Source: Piromyces finnis finn
Taxonomy: Eukaryota; Fungi; Neocallimastigomycota
Length of the DNA: 64,000 nucleotides
Assembly: GCA_002104945.1 (NCBI GenBank)
Contig: MCFH01000007.1
Location: 992,001-1,056,000 of the forward strand
Direction of reading: 5' to 3'
Shown here: piece by piece, positions 41,257 through 54,528 of the stretch
How the letters are laid out: each line of letters starts with the position of its first letter
How positions within the stretch are numbered: the stretch's first letter is position 1
Program-made: the position numbers and the translations under genes
The notes under the pieces: generated by a model
Seen by the model: only the letters and a program-made list of their open reading frames with translations
What the model was told of the DNA's origin: nothing
Databases searched by the model: none

Positions 41257-42115
41257 TTAAACGACGGTACCTATTAATATATAAATAATTAAATAATTAG
41301 AAATTTTAATTTTATAATTTAAATTAATTAAAATAGTATCAAATAATTACCAGAGTTAGAAGCAATCTTTGGCCATAAATCGGTACATTCCTTACCGACT
41401 GGACCAGTAATGGCAGAACCCTTCATTTCACCCTTTGGGTTAACAATAACACCAGCGTTATCTTCGAAGTAGATGTAGACACCATCTCTTCTTCTCCAGG
41501 CCTTTCTTTGACGGACAACGACGGCTGGCATAACCTTCTTTCTTAATTCTGGCTTACCCTTCTTAACTGTAGCAACAACCATATCACCAACACCAGCGGC
41601 TGGGAGTCTGTTAAGACGAGCGTGGATACCGTTAACGGCAACAATGTATAAGTTCTTAGCACCAGAGTTATCGGCACAGTTTAAAACGGCACCGGTTGGA
41701 AGACCAAGAGTCATACGGTACTTGTTTCCAGAAGCTGCGGCTCTTCCTATATAATTATATTTAATAAATTATATTTATTATTATTTATAATTTATTAATT
41801 AGTTTATCTATGAAGTAATTATACTTTAAGTTTTGCTTTCGCTTAATGATACAAAATATTTGCACTTTATATACTAATCATTTATATAATTATTAAAATG
41901 CTTATTTTATTACAAACAAAATTATGCGATAAAATAACTCATTAACATAAAACTCTTATATAAACATTATATAATCAAATAAATTTTTTATATTTTTATT
42001 TGATATATAAATATCATTAATACATTTCATTTTATATTTAAAAATTAAATTCATATTCATTAAAAAATATAAAAACATCAATTCATTCATCCATTTTCTA
42101 ACCTCTTTTAGACAT
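41257..42115 (-). CDS. RPL23: 60S ribosomal protein L23 (uL14); exons 42115-42103, 41746-41351, 41270-41257; 140 aa
   Basis: [37 protein letters not shown]...[23 protein letters not shown]...SNSGTVV. Both phase-1 GT-AG introns restore the frame. Confidence 0.98.
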
Positions 42116-42206
42116 GTCTACAGTATTATATTATCGAGAAATACAACAAAAAGAGAGAAAAAAAAGTATAACACATGTGTGTTTTCTTGTTATTGAGAAA
42201 TAGCTA

Positions 42207-42237
42207 ATTGATTGGTCTGGTAATTTGATTGGCCAAT
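42207..42237 (-). promoter_or_regulatory. Paired CCAAT boxes upstream of RPL23
   Basis: GCCAATCA and ACCAATCA on the minus strand 17 bp apart, plus an opposite-strand CCAAT, about 100 bp upstream of the ATG in very GC-poor DNA. Confidence 0.55.
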
Positions 42238-43331
42238 AACCATTATATATATATTATATCTATTATTTTTCATATTAAAATTTTCATTTTTTAATACATA
42301 CATATAAGTTAAATACGTTTTTCTACGTATTACATTTTTTTTTAAAATTTGATTTTTAATAAATAAATAATGGCGAAGTACTTTTTATTATATTGAGATG
42401 GTTAGGTTATTTAAAGATTAATTATTAGAATATTTATGTATGGTTTTATATAAAGAAAATAATGATCTTGCTCATGTACATTATTGTTTATAAAAATAAT
42501 AGTGTATTATATTATGACACTAATTATTATTATAAAAGTTGATATTTAATAAAAATATATTTATATATATTATATTATATTATATTAAATTCTAGTGTTT
42601 AAAATAATAATATGTTATTATAATAAAAAAAAGACTTAAATATGAATGTAAGGATTATCTAAATTAGAAATCAAAATAATTATTTAAAAAAAAAATTATA
42701 ATTAATAAATTAAGAAGATATTTTTTAAATTTAAATTAATAAAACATTTTTTTTTAAAATGATAGATAATAAAATAAAAAGGAATAATTAAATTTTATAT
42801 TAAAATTTTTGATAATAATTTTTTATAGATAAAAAATTGTTTTTTTTTCCACTTTGAAAATTAAATATTAAATGGTATATTAAAATTTCTTTAAATAAAA
42901 AATAATATTTAAAAATAGTTTATTTTTATTTCTTCTTCTTCTTCTTCTTTTTTTTTTTTTTTCTAAAATAAATTTTACTTTTTTAACTTTTTTCTTGGGT
43001 AAAAAAGAAAATAAAAAGAAAAAATATTGAAGAGTTACTCACAGAATAATAATAAGAATTATTAATGAAGTCAACATAAAGCAATATTTGTATATGTAAA
43101 TAGTAATTCTGATTAATTTTAAACTTTTTATTAATTTTAATTAGTAATGTAATGCATTATTTATTAATAAACAATTAATTATATTATATACCATATACGC
43201 TATACTTCTTATATATTAATAATAATAATTATAAATAATATTTAAAAAAAATCAAATAATTATACATAATAATGTTAAATTATATATTACAAAATTTTAA
43301 CAGTAAAAAAAAATATAAATACTATTTAGTT

Positions 43332-43364
<33 letters not shown>

Positions 43365-43386
43365 GGAAAACAAATAACATAAATAA

Positions 43387-43425
<39 letters not shown>

Positions 43426-43480
43426 ATATATGAATGAATAAACAATAAACTAAGTCATAAAATAAAAATATAAAATAAAA

Positions 43481-45674
43481 ATGGAAAGTCCAATTAATTC
43501 CAATAATGAAGTGGAAGGAGCATTAAATGCACCTATCACAGAAACAACTCCTTTAATTAATGAGAGAAGACCATCATATTGTATGAATTAAAAATCATTA
43601 ATCTTTTTGTGAAATAATATTTTAAGATAAAATTGAATATCTAAAATCTTTATTTTTATTTTTTTTTTGAATTATATTAATAACAGTATTTTAACTGAAT
43701 AATTATTATATTTATTTATTAAAACTTCTTATAATTATTTTTAAAATTAAAGATAGATATGAACGTAAAAAGAGATGGAATATAATAAAGTATTATGTTC
43801 CTGTATTAAGTTGGTTACCTAAATATTCATTTAGAGATTTACAATTTGATATTTTATCCGGTTTAACTATAGGTTCTGTTTTAATTCCACAGGGTTTATC
43901 TTATGCATCAAATTTAGTGAAAATTAATCCAATATATGGTCTTTATTCTTGTATTGTTCCAGTTTTAATATATGCTTTACTTGGTACCTCACGGTATTGT
44001 ATTTTATTTATATTGGATTGGAATTATATATTCCATTTATAAACTTATTATATATATATATATTTATACATTATTATATTTTATTACTATTTTTTTTTAT
44101 TAATATTTATTATTTATTATAATAAAAGTCAAATATCAATTGGACCAGAAGCAGTTATTTCTATTATGACAGGATCAACTATATCGGAATACATTAGAAG
44201 AAATTCTGCAGAATTTGCAAATTCAGATGATATGAATGAACATCGTGCTGAGTTAGCATTTTTGATTACAGCAATTGTTGGCATTTTAACTTTAATTTTT
44301 GGTCTTTTTCGACTTGGATTTTTAGATTCAGTATTGTCAAGAGCACTTCTTACTGGATTTACATCTGCAGTTGCTACTGTTATTTTTTTTGAACAAACAC
44401 CACTTCTTTTAGGTATTTCTTCTTCATATGAAACTACTTCTCCTATTGAAAAATTTATTTATATAATGAAGCATTATTTGGGAGAGTGTGACAAACGGAC
44501 AATTATTATATCAGTAGTGTGTATTCTCTTTTTACTTATATTTGATATTTTAAAAGGTTTATTTAGAAAAAGTACAGCCATACAACGCTTCCCTCACATT
44601 TTAGTAATTGTTCTAACAACTATATACTTGTCAGCTTATTATGATTGGAATGGAAAAGGTATTAGCATTTTAGGAAAAGTTAATACCGATGTCTCTATTA
44701 AACATCCAGTATTTAGTATAAAAAGAATTAATGGTCTTTTTGTACCATCCATATTAATTGCTGTCATTGGTTTTGTGGAAGCGTTAATTATAACCAAAAA
44801 ATATTCTTCAAAATACAAATATTCTGTGTCTCCTAATCGTGAATTAGTTGCTTTTGGTTCTTTAAATATAGTTGGATCATTTTTTGGTGCTATGCCAACA
44901 TATGCTTCTCTTTCACGTTCGAGAATTAATGATACCTCCGGTGGTAAATCACAGGTTAGTGGAATTGTTGCTTCTGGTGTCATCTATTGTACTATTAAGT
45001 ATTTATTGAAATATTTTGAGTACTTACCTGTACCTGTGATGGCTTCCATAATTTCTGTTGCTGCTTTAGGGTTAATTGAAGTGAAAGATATCATTTATTT
45101 CTTTAAGGTTAGATCTGTTAGTGATATTTTATTAATGCTTCTCATTTACTTTACTACTATCTTTTTTTCAATTTCGGATGGTATCCTTATCAGTGTTTCT
45201 CTTTCTCTTTTATTAGTAGTAAGAAAAACAACAACACCAAGATTAAAAGTCCTTGGTAAATATAAAGTAATTGATGAAAAAACTGGTTTAGAAAAATTTA
45301 AATTTAAAAGTGTTAAAAAGGACAAGTCACTCAGAAATAATTCTGAATCAATAGATGATGGTGATAAATATAAAGTAGAACAAATTGAAGGTGTTTTAAT
45401 TATTAGTTTTGGTGATAATTTATTTTTTGGTAATACTGGTCAATTAAAGGAAAGGTTTAGACGTATTGAAGTTTATCGTCAAATTGGTATTCATCCTGGA
45501 GAAGATCCACATATGCTTGATCCAGATTATGAAAATCATCCAATCCAAGAAATTATTCTTGATTTCAAGAATGTTGGTTCTATTGATGCCTGGTAAATTA
45601 TTATTATATATTTTTATTTAATAATAGTAATATTTACACTATTTACTATATAATATAGTATAAATTTAAATTAA

Positions 45675-45709
<35 letters not shown>

Positions 45710-46479
45710 CAACACAAATTCTTTCAGAGATAATTCAAGATTATCATGAAAGAAATATTGGTGTATCCATTATTAAATTGAATGAGTGTTGTAAGAAACA
45801 ATTTAAAAACTCTGGACTTTATGATAAAATTGAAAGTAATCGTTACTTTAATAAAATCAGTGATTGCTTAGATGCTCTTTCTGTTTATGAACCTGGTTTA
45901 CCTCATGGCGTGAATTGGAAAGTAAGTAAAGGTATTATTTATCCTAGAGATGGTACTAATCATGCTATTCATGATGGTACTTCCATACAATGGGATTCTT
46001 CTGGTAATATATTAGGAAGTTCTTTTTCATCGTTGGAATCTTCTCAAAGTCATGAGAATTTTGAAAACAATTTTATTCGTTATCGTTTAAGTCGAAAACC
46101 ATCAAATTTTGTTAATCCTTCAAGTCAAAATAAAAACCATAGTATTTATATCAATGAACAATATGATGAACCATTACCGATTACTGATTCTAATTTTAGT
46201 ACCAACACTAATATTAATACTAATCACCATCAACGTTTCACAAGCAATAATAGTAATATTACCAATTTACGATCTGGAGCTCATCAAAACCAAAACGATA
46301 GTTTTAATTTAATGAATAATACTAATATTTGGGGAAATGGTTCAGAATCTGATGCTAATAACATAAGTTTAAATTTTGATATTACTAATCAAATATTTAA
46401 TCCTAACAACGATGATGTTTTTAATCAAACGAGTGTATGGGATTCTAAATCAGTAAAATCAAATTTTAATAATTCATAG
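43481..46479 (+). CDS. SLC26/SulP anion (sulfate) transporter with STAS domain; join(43481..43580,43753..43993,44129..45592,45708..46479), 858 aa
   Basis: YYVPVLSWLPKY, DILSGLTIGSVLIPQGLSYA, YGLYS, GTSRQISIGPEA, PNRELVAFG, SLSRSRIN and a STAS domain (LFFGN..., ILDFKNVGSIDA). Intron phases are consistent. Confidence 0.93.
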
Positions 46480-46721
46480 TTCGTGATTTATATATATAAA
46501 TAAAAAATGCAACTACAATTTTACACTTATCTATAATTATTCATAATAATAATAATAATAATAGTATTTATAATATGTTTTTTTGCCAATCTCTTTTTTT
46601 TTTATTTATTTATTTCATCAATCTTTTTTTATTAATTTCATATAATATTTATATATAGAGCCTTTTAATAATATATATAATATTTTAAGTATTTTAATTA
46701 AAAAGGAGATAAAATAAAATA

Positions 46722-46833
<112 letters not shown>

Positions 46834-46934
46834 ATCAATAAATATTTTGTAAAAAAAAAAAAAAAAAAAAAGATAATAGGAAAGAGTATATATTAAATAT
46901 GTCGATATATAAATTATATAACAATGAATAATTA

Positions 46935-47150
46935 TCTTTGAGGGTTGTTCTCATCATTAAGCATCCTTCGTTAATAAAGGCTCAAGGAGATCATTGGTGT
47001 AGGTAGTTCAGTCTTGTATTAAAGAATATCGTTAGTTAAAAGCAATATCCATATATGATATGGCAATGTACAATAATGTACAATCATATACCTACCATAT
47101 ATAATTCAGGGGGTTAGATGAGGATATATGGAAATCTAAAAAAAAAAAAA
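46935..47150 (+). mobile_element. Possible old retroposon remnant
   Basis: GC-richer island ending in GGAAATCT(A)13. Contains ATATC-loop-GATATGGCAA followed by a second hairpin, resembling the tails of element A and LINE 25033-26255. No TSD found. Confidence 0.35.
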
Positions 47151-47625
47151 TTATTAATAATAAAATCAATATAATAAGTTAAAAAAAGAAATTAAAATTT
47201 TTTTACATATTGTGGTGTGGATGAATAGAGGGTTACACAAAAATATATAGTTTTTTATTTATAACTTTTATTATGTTTATTTATTCTGTTAAAATTTATC
47301 AAAATGTTAAATATTTTTTTTTTTTTTTTTATTTTAGTTTTTCATTTATTGTCAGGAATCATTAAAGAAAAATAGCCATTTTATTTATTAAGTTAAATAG
47401 TGATTTTAAAATATAGAACATAAAAAAATTACTTTAAAAAAATATGAGAAAAATATAATAAATAAGGTTTATTATATTAACAAGAAATAAATGAAAGGTT
47501 TTGTTTTAAGGTTTAAAAATAAAATATTTTTTGTTGAAAAATTAGTTTGAATGCTTATGCTCATAACCATCTTTATAATTAATAGATAACATATATATAT
47601 AATGAGATAAAATATAGAAAAGTGT

Positions 47626-47790
47626 TGATTATTTTCATAATAAAATAAAATTGAAGTAACAATTTTTTATTTCTTATAAACCTTATAATATAAAGTTTAT
47701 AAGTATTATGGATTATTTTCATAATAAAATAAAATTGAAGTAACAATTTTTTATTTCTTATAAACCTTATAATATAAAGTTTATAAGTAT
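47626..47790. repeat. Tandem duplication of an about 84-bp unit
   Basis: GATTATTTTCATAATAAAATAAAATTGAAGTAACAATTTTTTATTTCTTATAAACCTTATAATATAAAGTTTATAAGTATTA occurs twice. Confidence 0.9.
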
Positions 47791-48990
47791 TAAACTAAAT
47801 TTATATTTCATTTTCATTATTAATAATAATATTTTTATAATGGAATAAAAATTTTGATTGAGTATTTTTAAAAAGAAAGTTAAATAATATTCTTTTTTTA
47901 ATTAAATGAAATTTATAAATGTGCTACTTTGTGAATTATATTTTAAATTCATGAAATTTAAGAGGTTCATCAAATAAATTAATTCAAATATGTTATTTTT
48001 ATGAGTATAATTGAAATAACAAGAAATTTAAGTTTATTTTATACTAAATGATAAAAATAAGATTTATTAATATTATTTAATTACAATTCAAAAATCTACT
48101 AACAAATTATAATAATATAATAATAATAATAATAATAATAATTATTATTATTTGTATAATTATTACTGTATCATTATATAGTAATAATATACACTACATT
48201 AATTATTGCTGTATATATTATTTCATAATTAATAGTTAATATATATTTTGAATATTATTGTTATAATACACTTAACATTTAAATTTTGGTTTATAATTTT
48301 TTAAGTATTATATTGTGAAAAACCTATTTTTATTTTATTGTGACATATTTTTATTTTTATAAGTCTTAAATCAATTAATGTAATTTTTAACAATCAAATA
48401 TTTTTTTGTCTTTTTTTATTTTTTTTATTTTTATTTTATTACTATAATTTTTTTTAATAAATAAAAATATGAATTAAAAGCAAATACTATCAGTATTTTT
48501 CAAATAAAATATAAGAAACTACATCTTTATTTTAGATAAGCATTAAATAAAATATTAAACTTTATATATATATAATTACAATATCCAAAAACCTGAAAAA
48601 CGAAACGACATCATCAGAATTTTAAGCAATTTTTATTTAATATTATTTTGCATCTACTTTAGAAAATTTCTTTGAAAAAAAGTGATATATGTATACTAGA
48701 GGAAAATAAATATTTTAAATAATAATTATTATTATTATTATTTTTTCATAAAAGAAAAAGAAAAAAAAAACATTTTACAAATATAGAATAGAATTATAAT
48801 AATATAATCTTTATTAAAATAAAAAATATATATACAAATAAATAATAAATAATAAAAAAGAAACTGTAGAAGTAATTATTTATTTAGTTATAAAAAAATA
48901 TAGAAGAAACAATAATATCTATTTAATAATTATCGAAAGAAAGTAACAAAAATCACAATAGCATATAAAGTTTTATTTATAAAACAAATT

Positions 48991-51900
48991 ATGGAGACAT
49001 CAAAAATTGGAACGCTGAATACACAAAATAATGAAGAAAATGACCTTTTTGCTGTAATTATTTCAAGCCTTTTTCATTTATACATAATTTGAAAATTCTT
49101 ATAAATATTTTCATATTAGTGAAAATTTCTATTAATTCAAATAATATTTTATTTTATTATATTGTATTATAATTATATTTATTTGAAATATAAAACCAAT
49201 ATATTTATTATATTTTCATCGAAAAAATAAAAATAAAAGAAAAAAAATGTTTTTATTACCACAACAAAATATTCGACAGATATAGCCCAATATGAATTAA
49301 TTAGTCCAATTGGTGGAGTAGATGATATATCTTATTTATATTTAGCTTTATATATACCAACAAATGAATTTGTTGCTCTAAAATATACTGATTTAACTAT
49401 TTCGGTAGATTTTGCATTAATACAAGAACTAGAAGTATGTTAATAATTATTCATTTCTTATATTCAGTATTCAGTAGAAATTATAGATATTATAAATAAA
49501 AATAGGTTTTATTAAATTAATAAAAGTTTAGAGGATTTTAAGAGAATTATATATGAAAATCTTTATTTTTTTTTTTTTTTGCTTATGTATAATATTAAAA
49601 TATTAAAATCATATATTTTTTTAATTATTAACTTAAATAGAATACTATAGTAAATACTCATTTATTAAAGCATCCCAATATTTTACCATATTATACTGAT
49701 TTTATCGAAAATGATCGATTATGGACAGTAACATATCCTATGAAAGCTGGTAAATAAAATTATTTTTGAAAAACTATATTAATGTATTAATATTTATAAA
49801 AAATTGAACCAATTTATTTCTAATATATTGAAATAAATTATATATTTTACATTTTTTTATAGGAGCTTGTTCTACTATATTAAAAGATTACTTTCCAGAT
49901 GGTTTTTCAGAAATGATGGCTTCATCCATTTTAAAAGAAGTATTAAAAGCTGTATATTATCTTCATAGCAATAACTTAGTTCATAAGTAAATAATAAAAT
50001 AGTATAATAATATATATTAATAATATATATTTAAATAAATAATTATTATTTTTATATAATAAAATCTATTTTGAAATTATTTTATCATTATTATTTAATT
50101 ACATCAATTCATATTTCATATGTATATAAAATATTAATTAGTGATATAAGAGCATCCAATATACTTTTAGATTTTAATGGTGATGTAAAGTTAACAGGAT
50201 ATCACCAATTATCATCATTAGTTGTTGGTGGAAAATTAAAAAAATCAATATTTACACCTATTGGCGATAATCATGAATGGGTTGCTCCCGAAATCATAGC
50301 ACAAAATACAAGTCATAATCATAAATCAGATATATATAGTATTGGTATTACTGCATTAGAGTTAGTATATAATAAAACACCTTTTGATGAGTGGCCATCA
50401 GCAAAGGTATTTAAAGCATTTTTTTATATCATAAAAACAATTTGAAATCTAGAAATATTAATTTTTTTCTTTCAAGATTTTATTAAGTAAAATCATGTAT
50501 GCCATTCCGATGATAAAATCCGAAAAGAGATTATCTAAAAATTTTTGGAGTTTTGTTAGTGCTTGTATAAGAAAAGACCCAAAAGAAAGGTATACAATAT
50601 AAAATAAAAATTATACATAATAAATTTGTTTACAGAAATTAAAATGTGATATCTATACAATTTTGATTATTTTTAAATATATATATTTAATTAGACCAGA
50701 TGTTATAGAATTATTAGAAATGCCATTTATTAAAAAAGCAAAAAGTATTCATTATATTGAATCAATATTGAAGAAGAGTGGAATAATTAATAAACATAGT
50801 ATGTATTATCTATAATTGATTAAATTTTAATTATATTTAAATTTTTTTTCTTTATTTTTGAAAAGTTATCGATATAAAATAAGTATTAATATAGTGAATA
50901 CTTTTTTTTTTATTTTTAATAATTTTATTAGCTGCTGCAATTGAATCAATGATGCAAAATATGGCTGAAATAACTGAGAAAGCACGTCAAGCCCAATGCT
51001 TAAATAATGAACGAACTAAAGCTTATAACGAAGAATTGAAACGACAGCAAATTATGGCAATCTTTTCATCTAATTACTCTTTTAATATTGATGGTTTAGA
51101 AACTACAGAAGGCAATGAAATGATAGAAGATAAAATGGATGCTGAACATAGTAACTCAATTGGAGTAATGGTTGATTTAGAAGGTGATAGTTCTATAGAT
51201 GTAGATTCTCGTCTTCAAAATCAATCATATCAAACATCAAAAACAGATCGAATTAGTATGCATACCTCAAATTCAATTATTTCTCAAAATCAACAACAAT
51301 CCCTATTTCAATCAAATAATCAACAATTAGTATATACAAATCCAAACTCTAGAACTATACCAAATTCCAAGTCTCAAACATCTTCTTTGAAATATATTTC
51401 TTCTCATTCATTAATTAAACCAGGATTGCAAGGACAAAATCAATCTGGCTCACATAGTTCTCAACAAATTAAACAAAGTAGACTTGTCGGTAGTAAATCT
51501 AATTCTATGATTATGAGTAAAAGTGAAGATTCCCGAAGTCGAATATTAAATAGTAAGTCCAATTCTATTTTAATGAATAATAAAAATGAAAATGAATCTA
51601 GAAGTAGGATGACAAGAATGAATTCAAAGCAAAGTTCTATATCAGTCATTAGTAATTCTCAAATAGCTTTTAGTAAACAAGGTTCTCAAAAAATTGTTGG
51701 TTCTGAAGTATTTGAGTTAGTAAGGGATGTAAGTGTGACTAGAGAAAAAAATAGTTCATATAATATTATTAAGGATAATTCAGGTCAACATTTAATAAAA
51801 GAGGAAGATGAAGAAGAAGTAAAAGCGTTAAATAATTTCATTAATAATTCCCCAGTTTATGTTAACTATCAAATATCGCAACCAAATATAATAAGTAAGA

Positions 51901-52343
51901 TAATAATATGATTATATTTTCATATATAAAAATTATAAATATAATATATATAAATTTTAATTTAATATGGAAGGATTATCTTATTTATTTTAATCTTAAT
52001 ATTTTTTTTTTCATTTTATTTAATATAATTGAAAGGTAAAGTACCACCATTAGAACCCGAAAGTAAAATTAATAATCATTCTACTCCATTATTAAAAGAA
52101 GAAAATGGAAAACCTACTAATAAGAAAAAAATGAATAAGAATACTGAAGGTAATAGAAGTTCAATTCTTGCTATTGGTAATCGTCTTAGTGGCATCATGG
52201 TGAATAGTAATTCTGATATAGATAATACCAGAATGAAAAAATCAGTATCTTTTACAGTATCCAAAAATGAATCAGTAAAAGAAGTAAATAATGATTCTAT
52301 TAATTATGATAGTATGATTTTAAAGACATCTGTTTTAAAATAA
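48991..52343 (+). CDS. STE20-family kinase-like protein, probably a STRAD-like pseudokinase with an S/Q/N-rich tail; about 10 exons
   Basis: Exons 48991-49053, 49240-49434, 49641-49749, 49863-49986, 50142-50406, 50477-50589, 50695-50798, 50932-51894 and 52036-52343 join in frame. Motifs: YELISPIGG, VALK, KHPNILPY, HNDIRASNILL, VKLTGYH (no DFG), WVAPE, KSDIYSIGITALEL. Confidence 0.85.
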
Positions 52344-52727
52344 TTTAAGAATTATCAACCATATTTTATTTTTATTTAATATAGTTATGTTTTAATAGAA
52401 TTTTTATTTTCTATTATTTTTAAATTTTAATTATAAAATATCATTCTTTCATTTTATATTTTATATTTAGTATTTAGTATTTATGTGATTTTTAAAAACT
52501 GAATTTAAATTTATGATTATATAGATCTATATATAAATGTATAAAAAAATCTATTAGTTTCTATAAATAATATAAATAAAAAAGAAGATAAATATATAAT
52601 TTAGAATATAAAACATTAATATTAAAACAATTATTGTTGGTTATATTTTACTATTTTATTTTATTAATTATTTATATTTTATTTATAATTATTGTTGTTA
52701 TGTATATATTTATTTTTAATAATAATA

Positions 52728-52770
<43 letters not shown>

Positions 52771-54528
52771 AATACTATTAAAAGAATAATATAATAGTAT
52801 CATTAAAAAATAATAATATTATTTGGTGATATTTAATCTAACATTTACTATATTTCCATAGAATTTATTATTAATGCTTTTTCTTTCTAATAATTTATAA
52901 ATGACTTTATAAAATCATTTATTTTTTAAAACAAAAAAAAAAAACATACAACAAAAAAAAAATATGAATCTATAAATATAAAAATTCTATGGCTAGATTC
53001 TTATTATTGTAAGTAAACTTTCTTTCTTTTTTTTTCACATTATAATTTTTGTTGTTTTAATAATAAAGGATTATATATTTGATTTTTTAATAATTGTTAG
53101 TACAGAAAAAAAGAAAAAAAATAATATCAAATTATTTTCCTCATTTATTATTTATTTGTTTAATAACAATATCTATTTTTCCCTTTTTTTTTTTTTTTTT
53201 TCCATTTTATACTTTTTAACAAAACATTATATTTGTTATTTGTTATTTATAATTTTTTTTTTTCTTTTTCTTCGTAAATTAAATAATAATAAGATGGAAT
53301 AAGAAACAGAATAAAATTTAATTTTTTTTATTTAATTTTAAAATGTTCCTATTTAACAAAAATAGATAAAGCAAAATGGTATATATAAACATAACAATAA
53401 CAAAAACAATAAAAAACTTATCGATAATGTTGATAATGTTAATATTCTATATTACTTATCTATTTTTTTTTTTGGTTGAATTTCTTAAAATAAATTATTA
53501 TAATTTATTATCATAAAAATATTAATACAATATATTCTATCCATAGAGAAAATACTTCTTTATGAGGGTTGAAAAACTCTACTAAATATTTTATATTTTT
53601 AGTAAAATTTTATTAAAAAGACGTAAAATTATAATTGTAAATAAATGCATTAATAAATATTTTATTATTATTATTATATTATTTACTAATTATTTATTAA
53701 AAAATTATATAATGTTGATAATATTATAATACTACTATCAATTCTATTAATGAATTGTTGCAGTTGTTGAAACATAAGTATATTATTGTTAAAAAACTGC
53801 TATTTATATTGAAATTATTTCCAAAATTAAATTGATATTAACTAAAAATTAAAAGTATTTTTTTATTTTTTATGCTTATATTTCTAACTTTTATTTTATC
53901 TATTCTTATTTACTATTATTATTATTATATTTAATTTGTTGGAATTATTACTTTTAAAATATATTATTTTTTGAAATAAAAACATTTTTTGAAGTTTTTA
54001 TAATTTTTTTTTTTTTTTGATAGGAACTTTATTATTTTGAAGTTTTCCCTTTAGTTCTTTAGTTTTTATTGTGTATTAATTTTCTTTTTATAATTTTTAA
54101 AATAATGCTTGTTGATTTCTATTAATTGATTTATTAGTTTGTTCTATTAATCAATTATAATATTATTACTACTTATTACTTATTCTTATAATTTCTTAAT
54201 TCATATATATATATATTTTTTTTGCCGCTAATTTCTGAAGAAAATGCTTTAAATAGGTAAATTAAATAATAATAAGAATGATTGAAAAAAATAATACTTA
54301 AAACCCTTATTTTCTATTTTTACTATCCATCTATTATTTTTATATATTAAAATAATTTATGATAATAAGTACTATTTTATTGTTGTAGTTGATTTTAAGG
54401 GTTTTACTTTTTTTATCAATTTTTTTTTTATTTCTTTTTACTATAAATATTATATTTTCTAAATTGATTATATTGATTAAAAGGCGTTCCAAATATTTAA
54501 TATATTAAAATATAAATATATAAATTAA

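Noticed and set aside
41747-42102. snoRNA in RPL23 intron 1
   Set aside because: No convincing C/D box pair or H/ACA hairpins seen by eye.
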